64,000 nucleotides of DNA from positions 1-64,000 of IMG/VR virus record IMGVR_UViG_3300009529_000001; one strand, 5' to 3'. The translations under genes and the position numbers were made by a program. Below the pieces are notes generated by a model that did no database searches, was not told where the DNA came from, and was given only the letters and a program-made list of their open reading frames with translations. Source of the stretch: a virus. Of the stretch, positions 8,736-18,157 are shown piece by piece (within the stretch, counting starts at the first letter, position 1; each line of letters begins with the position of its first letter).

Positions 8736-9783
8736 CATCAGTAAATTAATACTTGCTTTAGCCGAATATCATCCGATTGATATGAAAAGAAAAGTTGGAG
8801 GATATCATACTTTAGTACCGATTGACAGTGATGTAGATAGCGTATTTCAACCAGGATTTAAACCACCCTCAGATTTTCCAACTGATACTTTTGATCAATA
8901 TAGGAAAGTATTCTGGCGAAACCAAACAGGTAGATCTTTATCGGGAGTTCAGATATATGGATTCAATGTAAAAAGTTCTAATGTTGTTAAATTTGCTTTG
9001 GAACGTGGACCTGATGGAGTAATAACAAGAGATGGAAGTGATGCAATACGGAATTATCAGATTAGACCAACATTTTTATCCGACGGACATTTTACTGAAG
9101 TAACTACAGATAATGCTTTGTTAATCGGAGGTTCAGGAGTATTAGCACATGGATCAGGTCAAGGAGTATGGTTAAGGCAAAGAATAACAGGAACAACAGC
9201 GGAAGACGCAAGTGATAATTTTGCAATAGGAACAGTTGTTTCAGAAGTAGGATCAACTACCATTAAGGAAGAAAATATTTTCCATACAAGAATTCCTGGT
9301 CTAACTACAATATTACGAATAAGAATTGATCAGTATAATCCTATGACTATAATTGTGGATTTCAGCCATAGTCTTACGACTAACTATTACAAAACTGCGG
9401 CGGAAACACTTTATGCTTTGTATGTAGATAATAAATTTGTAAAGGAATTTACAGGAGAGATCGTAAAAGTTCAGATGCTAAGTATTGATACGATTAGTGA
9501 AGTCGATATTTATGCAATTCCACATTCAGGATTTAGACCTCATCAAGATCCTACTGATCCTGAAGAAGGAACAAGATTAGACCCTACTATTCCTGGAAAC
9601 AAAATAAGAATTAGATTTAGAGCAAAGGATTCTGGTGTATTTGATGTAGAAGCACACCATATACAGTGGGATGAAGGAACAGGAACTTTTGTAACTAAAG
9701 AAATAGGTGTAATAAATGCGGATGATGCTTCTATTAAGAGCGGATATAAGATTAAATCAAGTGAAATGATTGATCCTATTTAA
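8728..9783 (+). CDS. Virion/baseplate structural protein ending in a partial FN3-like domain
   Basis: YRKVFWRN and GVWLRQRI motifs typical of phage tail proteins; C-term GNKIRIRF...WDEGTG resembles the FN3 at the end of 12290-14341. Confidence 0.55.
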   Translation: MSDISKLILALAEYHPIDMKRKVGGYHTLVPIDSDVDSVFQPGFKPPSDFPTDTFDQYRKVFWRNQTGRSLSGVQIYGFNVKSSNVVKFALERGPDGVITRDGSDAIRNYQIRPTFLSDGHFTEVTTDNALLIGGSGVLAHGSGQGVWLRQRITGTTAEDASDNFAIGTVVSEVGSTTIKEENIFHTRIPGLTTILRIRIDQYNPMTIIVDFSHSLTTNYYKTAAETLYALYVDNKFVKEFTGEIVKVQMLSIDTISEVDIYAIPHSGFRPHQDPTDPEEGTRLDPTIPGNKIRIRFRAKDSGVFDVEAHHIQWDEGTGTFVTKEIGVINADDASIKSGYKIKSSEMIDPI

Positions 9784-9831
9784 AAATAGATGGATAAAGT
9801 TAAATATTAAATATTTGTTAGAGGAGACAAA

Positions 9832-11043
9832 ATGACTTTATCTAGAAGAGCTTTTGGCCTTGGGGGAACAGCTTTAGGATATTTAAAAGAAATAGGAGCA
9901 GGAATCGTAGGTAGAGCCGTAACTCACACCTTATATGTTTCACCGGAAGGTAGTGGAGCTGATGGATTGACTTGGGCAACTGCCTATAAGACAATTCAAG
10001 CCGCTTTAGATGCTGCTTCAACTGATGGAGATAATTTAACTTTAATAAATATTTCCCCACATACAACTAATTACGATATAAATACTACTGGCGATCCTAC
10101 ATGGACAGGAAATTATATTTTAAAAGGAAGTCACAGGAATTGGGCGAAAATTAAGAATGCGCATGGTAGTGCTACTTCTATTATGAAGTTCACTGGTAAG
10201 GTTTCATTAAAAGATTTGAATTTTAATTTAGGTTCAGGAAGTGGGAATGGCGTAATAATAACTCACGGCGGATTCAGGGTAAGAGATTGTCAATTTGTTG
10301 GAGAAGATTTAACTGGTGCGGCAACAGCGCTCCATACAGATGGCGCAACAGTATTGAAACATGGAATAATAGAAAATTGCCATTTTCTCGGAGAAGGAAT
10401 AACACATATGACGGCGCTCTTGTTGGATAAAACGGCAAGAAGCTTTATTGAAGGATGTAAAATCCACGAATGTAAAACTGGCATTCAGATAGTTGATGCA
10501 GATAGTGATGAAAATATGTTTCGTTTTATTGATATTGGTGATTCCGGTATCGGATTTGATATAGATGCCGGAAATGCTCAACATATAGAACATGTCTTAT
10601 TTCACAACAATACAACAAATATAGATGATGAAGTTGGAGATCATTTATATGATACCTTATTGGGAGAAAGTTCAGGGACAATATTATTGCCTGACGATTT
10701 TACAGGAGTAGATTTAGATACTCATGCTGATCCAGCTACTTGGGGAACTAATACGGAAATACTGGCCGCTGTGGGCAGAACCAAGCCGTTTCGAGTTATT
10801 GGAATCATAATGGAAGCAGATGCAAATGAAAAATTTAGAGTCAGACTTTCTGCGGATGGTGGGACTTCTCATTTCACAGATATTATGGTTGAAGGTGCAG
10901 CAAATGCAGCTAAAAGAGAATCAGTGCAATTGCCTCCTGGAGTTGAAGTAATTCTTAATCAGGGTATTCAAATATCTGGTTCTTCAAAGTCTGAATCAGG
11001 GAATAATACAGCTACAGTCTGGTTGGAAATACAAGAAATATAA
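9832..11043 (+). CDS. Right-handed beta-helix (pectin-lyase-like) tail spike / receptor-binding protein
   Basis: AGGAG RBS; LYVSPEGSGADGLTWATAYKTIQAALDAA cap followed by beta-helix repeats (VRDCQF, IENCHF, IEGCKI). Confidence 0.8.
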   Translation: MTLSRRAFGLGGTALGYLKEIGAGIVGRAVTHTLYVSPEGSGADGLTWATAYKTIQAALDAASTDGDNLTLINISPHTTNYDINTTGDPTWTGNYILKGSHRNWAKIKNAHGSATSIMKFTGKVSLKDLNFNLGSGSGNGVIITHGGFRVRDCQFVGEDLTGAATALHTDGATVLKHGIIENCHFLGEGITHMTALLLDKTARSFIEGCKIHECKTGIQIVDADSDENMFRFIDIGDSGIGFDIDAGNAQHIEHVLFHNNTTNIDDEVGDHLYDTLLGESSGTILLPDDFTGVDLDTHADPATWGTNTEILAAVGRTKPFRVIGIIMEADANEKFRVRLSADGGTSHFTDIMVEGAANAAKRESVQLPPGVEVILNQGIQISGSSKSESGNNTATVWLEIQEI

Positions 11044-11073
11044 GATTAAAGGAAAAACTTTGTAGGAGCAATA

Positions 11074-11634
11074 ATGGCTACTTTTACAGTCTATTTCAGT
11101 GATAGTGGTGTTGCTGCAACTGGTTTGACAGTGGCATTTGAATATCTTAAAAAGGCTAGCGATAATACCAATGTTTCAACGGCAGGAGCCACTATTGTCG
11201 AAATAGGAGGAGGTTGGTATAAAATCACAGGTTTAAATCCTGATGAGTTATGGGTAGGAGTAATGGATGGAAGTAATACTTTAGCTAATGCCGATAGATA
11301 TGTTCCAATTGCAATGGAACCTGAAGATTATAATTATGAAGCACATGGTATTCCTGTTTATAATGAAACTTCAGATCAATTGAAAATCGCAGCGTTTCTT
11401 TCAAAGAATGGACAAAGAGTTACAACAAATCTTACGAATTGTTCTATAATAGTTTACGATGAGAATCATGCAGCATTATTCACTATAACTTCTGCTTCTG
11501 CAACAAATGGCGTATTTTTTGTGACTAAGACGACTCCTAGGTTTGTCAAAAACAAGTTGTATTATGCAGCTATTACGATTACCCATGATGGCGTAGGTTA
11601 TGTTTCAACGGATGCGATTATTGCGATAGAATAA
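11074..11634 (+). CDS. Virion structural protein (Ig-like beta sandwich)
   Basis: AGGAG RBS; ATGLT...EIGGGWY motif; all-beta composition; tail context. Confidence 0.55.
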   Translation: MATFTVYFSDSGVAATGLTVAFEYLKKASDNTNVSTAGATIVEIGGGWYKITGLNPDELWVGVMDGSNTLANADRYVPIAMEPEDYNYEAHGIPVYNETSDQLKIAAFLSKNGQRVTTNLTNCSIIVYDENHAALFTITSASATNGVFFVTKTTPRFVKNKLYYAAITITHDGVGYVSTDAIIAIE

Positions 11635-12290
11635 TGAGTTTAAAGGTTTTCAATCCAAGAAAGAGGCAAGTATCTTTCTTCAGAATTAATTCAGATTATC
11701 CTTTTCGGGATAATTTGTTTGTTTCTGGAGGAAGAAGTGGAAGCATTGTTTTTTTAAATTCTGCATTAAATAATCCATATAGACATTACAAAGTAATTAC
11801 ACTTCCAGTAGCCAATGGAAGTTATAAAGTAAGAGTAGCTTCAGAAGATGCTTATGGTAATACTAATGTTCCTGGAACTGATCCTGAAGCCTATGGAGTA
11901 ATAGTTGTAGGAGTTTTTGTATTACCTCCTATAGATATAAAATTTACAGTATCTGGAAACAATGTTACATTTACGTGGGAACATCCTTCAAGTGGTGCTC
12001 CTGATGCTTATATTTTTTATGGTGGAAGAGATGGAGCAGCAATTGATAGAACTACGCCTATAGGAACCGCTGCTGGATCAGCAAAAACAAAGACTTTAAC
12101 GTTAGCAAGCGGAGTTTGGAAGATAGTTATAGAAGCTAAGATCAATTGTGATCAATGGGATATAGCACTTGGCGCTCCAAGTGCTATGAATAGAGTGGAT
12201 GTAGGAGATTCAAATCTTACAGGAGCACAAGCTACTGTAACAGATGGTGTTGATCGAGGAAATAACTCAGCTTTATGGGTATTTAGTTAA
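11634..12290 (+). CDS. FN3-containing tail protein N-part fused to the C-terminal cap of a beta-helix protein (chimeric ORF)
   Basis: FN3 motifs YKVRVASEDAYGN, VTFTWEHP, WKIVIEAK; last 45 aa (QWDI...VDVGDSN...VDRGNNSALWVFS) look like a beta-helix C-terminus. Confidence 0.75.
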   Translation: MSLKVFNPRKRQVSFFRINSDYPFRDNLFVSGGRSGSIVFLNSALNNPYRHYKVITLPVANGSYKVRVASEDAYGNTNVPGTDPEAYGVIVVGVFVLPPIDIKFTVSGNNVTFTWEHPSSGAPDAYIFYGGRDGAAIDRTTPIGTAAGSAKTKTLTLASGVWKIVIEAKINCDQWDIALGAPSAMNRVDVGDSNLTGAQATVTDGVDRGNNSALWVFS

Positions 12291-13873
12291 TGGCTAACAA
12301 TACTTGGACAAATGGAAACGGTACTAACGTTTGGAATGATGCCCTTAATTGGTCTTTAGGGCATGTTCCATTGGCTACAGAAGATGTGATATTTGATGGA
12401 ACAGATGTTGGTAACTGCACTATAGATACTTATCCAAATAATGTAGTTTCAATCGCCGTCGATGTTTTGTATACTGGACAGATCACTCAGACATGCGCGG
12501 TAGTGGTAAATGGTCCCTTCGCTTCAGCAGGCAAATGGGACTGCAACGCCAATTTTGATTGCACCAACTATACCCTAACAGCTGGCACTTTCCAAGCAGG
12601 AGCTGGAAATATCACGACAGCCGGTAATGTGGCAATGGCTACTGGTACGTTTAGTCGCCAAACTTCCACTTTTATTTTATCTGCTACTGGGACCATTAAT
12701 GCTGCGGGCATTATATTTCATAGCTTTACTCAAAATAACGGTGTAATAACAGATATATTAAGTAATGTAGTTTTTGCTACTGGCGGCATACTCACAACTG
12801 GTAATAATACTTCCACAATAAGAGCTTCTGGAGCTACTAGAACTCTTTACATTTATTCAACATTAATAAACAATGGATGTACTTGGGGCGGTGGTGGACA
12901 ATTAATGATTCTTTATATTCTTCGCCAAGACATGCCAGGTGGCAATTATGGCGATTGTCGTATTTGGTTTAGAGATACTCTAGGTGTTCCAAGAAATCTA
13001 CTTGGTAATCTTACCACTACAGAACGATTTTACATTGATAACTGGGTAGTAGGAACAGCTCAATTATCTTCAGCCGGATTTAATATTACCTGTGCGTGGT
13101 TGCGTCTTGGTCAGACCACCAATAATCTTTGTGGTAAATTAATTCTTAATCCTGGAACCACACTCCAAGTCAACGGTGATCTTACGATCTATGCCGATGA
13201 CGGAAGCTCTGAAAACGCTCTAGTCGTAGACACGGACGGCGCTAATTTGATTTATGTATCAGGCAACTGGGACATCCAAGATCCTAGTGCGGAATTTGAT
13301 GCCCAACAGTCCACTGTGATTTTCAATGGCGTAGGTGCTCAGACTATTAAGTCGAGTGGGAATGCTTTTTATGATATTCAATTAAATGATGGCGGTGCTG
13401 GTGGTTCATGGACGCTTCAAGATGCTTTAACATGTCATGATCTTACACAAACAGATGGAATACTTGATACCAAAAATGGAGTAAATAATCCTATAACTGC
13501 AAGTGGAGATATTGCATTTGATGGAGGGACACTTATTGCACGTGGAGCGACTATAACATGTCCTGGGAGTATAACTTTCGATGCGAGCTTTACATTTACT
13601 TACGGAACTTCAAAAATTTTATTGAATGGAACATCAACTCAAACCATTATGTCTAACGGAATTGCAGTTTATGATATGGAAGTAACTAATACTGAAGGAA
13701 AAATAGTTTTTGATGATGCTGTGGATATTGATAATCAATTAATAGCAAATGCTGCAACGGCTGATATTCTGATCGAATTTGATGAAAATGGCGGACATAC
13801 CATTGAAGATCTCAGTGGATTAACTGGAACAAGTCCTCACTATGTTAAACTGAGAAGTCAAGTAACTGGTGAT
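12153..13873 (+). other. Circularly permuted gene segment (1721 bp) bounded by GTGAT direct repeats (12148-12152, 13869-13873)
   Basis: In silico excision at GTGAT gives an intact 328-aa FN3 ORF plus a circle encoding a complete 573-aa beta-helix ORF closed by TAATG. Confidence 0.7.
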
Positions 13874-14341
13874 GAAAGTGAAAATTTTGATGTTCAGGAT
13901 GTGACTTTACCTTCTACTTCAGTAAAACCTCCTCAACCTGGATTACCAGCTACTTCTGATCCTAATAATACACTTGATGCAGATAATCCGTTTGTAGAAA
14001 CTGGACTTGAATTAACAAGGGTATCGGTTGGAAAAGCAAGGATTCGTTTTTATTGGTTATGGGGAAATTTAGCCACAAAATTTAGAATTTATCACAATAA
14101 TGGATCAGGAGATGTTGATTGGGTTACACATGCTTATGAATTTAATAGAGTAGATGGTATTATTCAATCCTATACGACTCTTCAGTTGAATGTAACAAGT
14201 GTAGTTCAAACATGGAAATTTGGAGTACGTGCGGTAAATTCTAATAACCAGACAGATACTAATACAGATGAGTATGAAATAGATATAGAGGGTCTTCCGC
14301 CAGATTTAATTGAAGATATTGTTTTGGATACGGTGTTATAA
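12290..14341 (+). CDS. Beta-helix adhesin-like tail protein N-part fused to an FN3 C-part (chimeric ORF)
   Basis: MANNTWTNGNGTNVWNDALNWSLGHVP start, G/T/N-rich repeats to YVKLRSQVTGD, then ESENF...GKARIRF...WKFGVRAVN FN3. Confidence 0.8.
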   Translation: MANNTWTNGNGTNVWNDALNWSLGHVPLATEDVIFDGTDVGNCTIDTYPNNVVSIAVDVLYTGQITQTCAVVVNGPFASAGKWDCNANFDCTNYTLTAGTFQAGAGNITTAGNVAMATGTFSRQTSTFILSATGTINAAGIIFHSFTQNNGVITDILSNVVFATGGILTTGNNTSTIRASGATRTLYIYSTLINNGCTWGGGGQLMILYILRQDMPGGNYGDCRIWFRDTLGVPRNLLGNLTTTERFYIDNWVVGTAQLSSAGFNITCAWLRLGQTTNNLCGKLILNPGTTLQVNGDLTIYADDGSSENALVVDTDGANLIYVSGNWDIQDPSAEFDAQQSTVIFNGVGAQTIKSSGNAFYDIQLNDGGAGGSWTLQDALTCHDLTQTDGILDTKNGVNNPITASGDIAFDGGTLIARGATITCPGSITFDASFTFTYGTSKILLNGTSTQTIMSNGIAVYDMEVTNTEGKIVFDDAVDIDNQLIANAATADILIEFDENGGHTIEDLSGLTGTSPHYVKLRSQVTGDESENFDVQDVTLPSTSVKPPQPGLPATSDPNNTLDADNPFVETGLELTRVSVGKARIRFYWLWGNLATKFRIYHNNGSGDVDWVTHAYEFNRVDGIIQSYTTLQLNVTSVVQTWKFGVRAVNSNNQTDTNTDEYEIDIEGLPPDLIEDIVLDTVL

Positions 14342-16854
14342 TGGTTCAAGCTGGTATACAATCTGGACAAAATGTGACTTCTTTCAGGAAGCATAAGGTT
14401 TTTCTATTAAGAAATAATACATTCAGTAATCTTACCAAAAGAACATCATTTCTAATGGATGGCAAAGTAAGAGAAATTAATAAAGGGATTAATGAACATA
14501 TAGACACATGTGAAATAGAATTTCCTGCGAAAGCTTTTGGAAATCACATAGGATTTAATACTCCTGTGATTGTAGCTATTGATAATGCAAGCAATATTGT
14601 GTTTAGAGGAAATCTCGTAATAGAAAAAGGAATTCTTTCAAGAACGAGCGACACACTGACTACAACTGCTTATGGATTAAAATGGTATCTTAATAAAATG
14701 TCTAAAATACGAGGGAAAATTTATACAGTTGATAATACTATTAAACCCATTTTAGGATATGACACAAATACGACGAATAGATTATTTGAAAAATTTAGAA
14801 ATCCTCCTCCAGGAGCAAATACAGCTTATGGATATTTGGGAAGTGAACGTACTGTATTTAATGTTGATGGAAAAGAAGATTCAGCAACATCTGGAGATAA
14901 TAAAGATCTTGCTATAGCGTTTAAATTTGATCCTACACAACAATATATAGAAGCTGCTGGTGCAGTAGCAATGGATGTGAAATATTTCTGGAATTATGCT
15001 ACAATTCTTATGTATATCGAAGAATGGTATATTAAACCATTTCTTAATACTTTTCTTTCTGGCGTAAAAGTGCGCATAAGTCAAAGATCTTTTGAAAAAA
15101 TATTTCGTTGGGGTGAAAAGATTGGGTTAGAAAAAATAAGACCAATCAATTTTGACATTAACGGTTTGGGTCCAGTTGAAGCAATTGATAAAGTTGTAAA
15201 AGCCATTCCTGGTCCTTGGTATTGGTATCTTAAACATAGTAAGAATGTAAGTGAAGTTGAACTTATAAACCATCTTATGAAAGACGATGTTCCAAAAGCT
15301 GTATATATTGGAAGAGATGGTAAAATATTAGATACCGATAGTGGAACAAATATAGCTGGAGCTGATGTAGAAAGAAGTATAGCCGATGCTATTGTTCATG
15401 CGGTTGTGGTAGGCGCTCCATTAAAACTTGAAACTACGCTCGAATTAATACCACGTTGGACTAGATATCTTAGACCTACTTCGGATCAAAATAAACAACC
15501 TTCTGATACTGATAATAATTATACAGAATATGAAGCTGGAGAAGTAACGAGTAGAAGATATATTTCACATTTTAAAAATCCTATTGATTATAAAAAATAT
15601 GTTGCCATGAATAAAGCTGGAGCTACTCCAGAAGTTTGGAATACTACTCAAACTGAAGATAAAGCTAAAATAACTGCTAGTGATGTTCAAAGATATGCTA
15701 GAATATTTAGAGAATTTACAGTTCCTGGATCTAAAGAAGAAATAACTAAAAATCTTGTAGATGATTTAGGATTGCATGATGATATTAGTGATGTATTTTC
15801 TGGATTTGCATCAGAAATAGAACAATTTATATTTGATAATGCTGAACGTATAAGAAAGATAGAACCTCCTGTAACTAAATACGAAACAAGTAAAGTTAAT
15901 AAGAATCTTGAACCTTCTAGACCTTTTATATTTTTATATGATGAATCTAAAACTATAGAAGCAGAAGATGAGAAACCTGCTGCCGCTGTAGGTGGTGCGG
16001 ATAAAAAAGAAGATATACTGAAAAAAATTCCTTTTATTATACCTGATGGAAGAGATAAAGACGCTTTTAAAGGTACTTATTCTTTTGAAAATGATTTTCA
16101 AGTTGTAAAATTTTCAAAACCACAATATTCAAGTGATTTACCTGATGTATTAAATGCTGATTTAGAAGGTTGGAAAAAATTTGCTAATGCAAAAACAAAA
16201 CGAGCGTTTATGACTTGTCGGATATCGTTAGATGTTCCTTTAATTGATGATTTGTTGAATGAAGAAAGAGAATTATTGTATGGCAATGGAAGATTTATAG
16301 CTTATTATATTGATGAAAAATTAGAATTTGTTTTAAGATCTTCTGCTATTTATCCTAAACCGAAAGCTTTAACTACAGGAGTTCCAGCAATAACTTATAC
16401 ATTGCCTTCAGGAACATCACAAATAGGAAGTCTTGTTATACCAACAAAAAATAGAAATTTGAATGATAAGTTTCCATTACTTGATTGGAATATGCTTAAT
16501 AGCACAGAAGATGGATTATTAGGCGAATTATTTTCACAGCAAGTTGTTAAGAGTGATCTAAAACAATTGAAACAAGCTTTGGAAGATATGCTTACAAGTG
16601 CTCCTGATTTTATAGAAAACATTTCTTTAGATCATGGAAGAGTCGATTTAAGTTTAGAAATAGGAGATCAGGTTGATAGGATTATAGGAAGTGAATTGTC
16701 AGATGGAGCGGATGGATATTATGGATTAGATTCAGTTGTAACAGGAATTAATATAACTTCTCGTGGCGATACGGAAGCATGGAAAACGCTTTCAGTATTA
16801 CGTAATCGAAGAGGATTTACTTTAGGTGATCTTAAAATAAAGGCTAGAGCATGA
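14341..16854 (+). CDS. Baseplate hub / tail-tip protein
   Basis: 837 aa; N-term DTCEIEF...VFRGNLV...TAYGLKWYL and C-term LEIGDQV...VVTGINI resemble hub proteins; synteny. Confidence 0.6.
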   Translation: MVQAGIQSGQNVTSFRKHKVFLLRNNTFSNLTKRTSFLMDGKVREINKGINEHIDTCEIEFPAKAFGNHIGFNTPVIVAIDNASNIVFRGNLVIEKGILSRTSDTLTTTAYGLKWYLNKMSKIRGKIYTVDNTIKPILGYDTNTTNRLFEKFRNPPPGANTAYGYLGSERTVFNVDGKEDSATSGDNKDLAIAFKFDPTQQYIEAAGAVAMDVKYFWNYATILMYIEEWYIKPFLNTFLSGVKVRISQRSFEKIFRWGEKIGLEKIRPINFDINGLGPVEAIDKVVKAIPGPWYWYLKHSKNVSEVELINHLMKDDVPKAVYIGRDGKILDTDSGTNIAGADVERSIADAIVHAVVVGAPLKLETTLELIPRWTRYLRPTSDQNKQPSDTDNNYTEYEAGEVTSRRYISHFKNPIDYKKYVAMNKAGATPEVWNTTQTEDKAKITASDVQRYARIFREFTVPGSKEEITKNLVDDLGLHDDISDVFSGFASEIEQFIFDNAERIRKIEPPVTKYETSKVNKNLEPSRPFIFLYDESKTIEAEDEKPAAAVGGADKKEDILKKIPFIIPDGRDKDAFKGTYSFENDFQVVKFSKPQYSSDLPDVLNADLEGWKKFANAKTKRAFMTCRISLDVPLIDDLLNEERELLYGNGRFIAYYIDEKLEFVLRSSAIYPKPKALTTGVPAITYTLPSGTSQIGSLVIPTKNRNLNDKFPLLDWNMLNSTEDGLLGELFSQQVVKSDLKQLKQALEDMLTSAPDFIENISLDHGRVDLSLEIGDQVDRIIGSELSDGADGYYGLDSVVTGINITSRGDTEAWKTLSVLRNRRGFTLGDLKIKARA

Positions 16855-18125
16855 GTGCTATAACAGCTAGACAACTTAGATCATTTCAAGAACGTATAGA
16901 TAGATTAGAAACTGCTTTATCTACAGGTTTTGGTGTAGCTTCTTTGGATGAATTATCTGCCCCCAAAGAAGGCAAAATAAAAATGGCGAAATGGACTGGA
17001 ACTGGAGTTCTTCCACGATATTCTCCAATGAAATTTGATTTAATCGCACATGATGGAGATGTATTAGTGGCGCAAAGAGTAGCAAAACTTCCTCTTCTTG
17101 AATATCCAGAAAAAGACGATGACGATAAATTAATTTGTGTAACACAAATGGAAGCAGAACAAGGAGATATTGTTCCTGTAATGATTGAAGGGGAAACACT
17201 GGTAAGATTTAAAAGTAGATCTGATTTAACTGACATTAATGATGATCCCAATCAAGTAGTAAAATTTGGTGATGCGTTATATATATATTATAAAGATGAT
17301 ACAGATGCAGGAAAATTGATTAATAAAACTACTGATCCTGATGATGCAAGTATATTACAATATATTTCAGATGGATCAGTGGCATTTGCTCTTGAAACTC
17401 AACAATCTAATGCCACATTGGTAAGGAGTTTACTTCGGCCCCGTGGTGTAACGGGATTGAATTATTTTGATAATGGAGTGATGGTAAAGTCCGATGATGC
17501 TGCATCAAACTTTTATCATGCAGTAAATTGGGATGTTGATCTTAAAGTAGATAATGGAACTAGATGGGAAGTTTATCTCAAATTTGCATCTCCGATTACT
17601 TCTTTCGATAGATTATTTATATGTCTTGAACATATACGTTCTTTTATTAATGAACCTTTTTATACAGAATCTTCTTTCTTTGGTATAGAACATCGTTTTG
17701 ATTATGATTTAATTAGGGTTGATTTAACTCCCGGTGAAACATGGGGATTGGATGCACTTACTTGGAATAATGCGAATAGAGCTACAGGGACATTATTTGA
17801 TACACCAGCTAATTTTCTTTCTGGAGCACAGATAAATTTTGTTCATGAATATTATGAAACTGTATTAAATTGGGAACCTTGTGAACCTCCTGGTATGCCA
17901 GCAACACAAGAAACAGAAGTAGGAGGAGCTGACGGTGAGTGTGATGGTATAGCTTTAGAAGCTCTTGCTCCAGAAACTTTAGCTGGCATATTTTTTGGAA
18001 TAATTCTTTATTTAGGAGCTGACAATAGTGCTGGTGATCATAGTCCGGATACAGTTCAATCTATTCTTCCAATACGAAATACTCGAACAGGTCAGTCTCA
18101 TAGAAGTTTTGCTGTTTCTGAATAA
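16851..18125 (+). CDS. Tail tip / fibre protein with possible C-terminal carbohydrate-binding domain
   Basis: Coiled N-terminus; C-term YLKF...LTWNN resembles DNRLRE-type domains; last gene of tail module. Confidence 0.5.
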   Translation: MSAITARQLRSFQERIDRLETALSTGFGVASLDELSAPKEGKIKMAKWTGTGVLPRYSPMKFDLIAHDGDVLVAQRVAKLPLLEYPEKDDDDKLICVTQMEAEQGDIVPVMIEGETLVRFKSRSDLTDINDDPNQVVKFGDALYIYYKDDTDAGKLINKTTDPDDASILQYISDGSVAFALETQQSNATLVRSLLRPRGVTGLNYFDNGVMVKSDDAASNFYHAVNWDVDLKVDNGTRWEVYLKFASPITSFDRLFICLEHIRSFINEPFYTESSFFGIEHRFDYDLIRVDLTPGETWGLDALTWNNANRATGTLFDTPANFLSGAQINFVHEYYETVLNWEPCEPPGMPATQETEVGGADGECDGIALEALAPETLAGIFFGIILYLGADNSAGDHSPDTVQSILPIRNTRTGQSHRSFAVSE

Positions 18126-18157
18126 TTATAAAGATATCTCAATACGTTATTAAGTAA

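Noticed and set aside
12140-13880. Intron (group I/II or bulge-helix-bulge) explanation for the permuted segment
   Set aside because: No ribozyme core or convincing pairing between the junctions was seen; the segment is entirely coding. RNA-level excision remains only a hypothesis.
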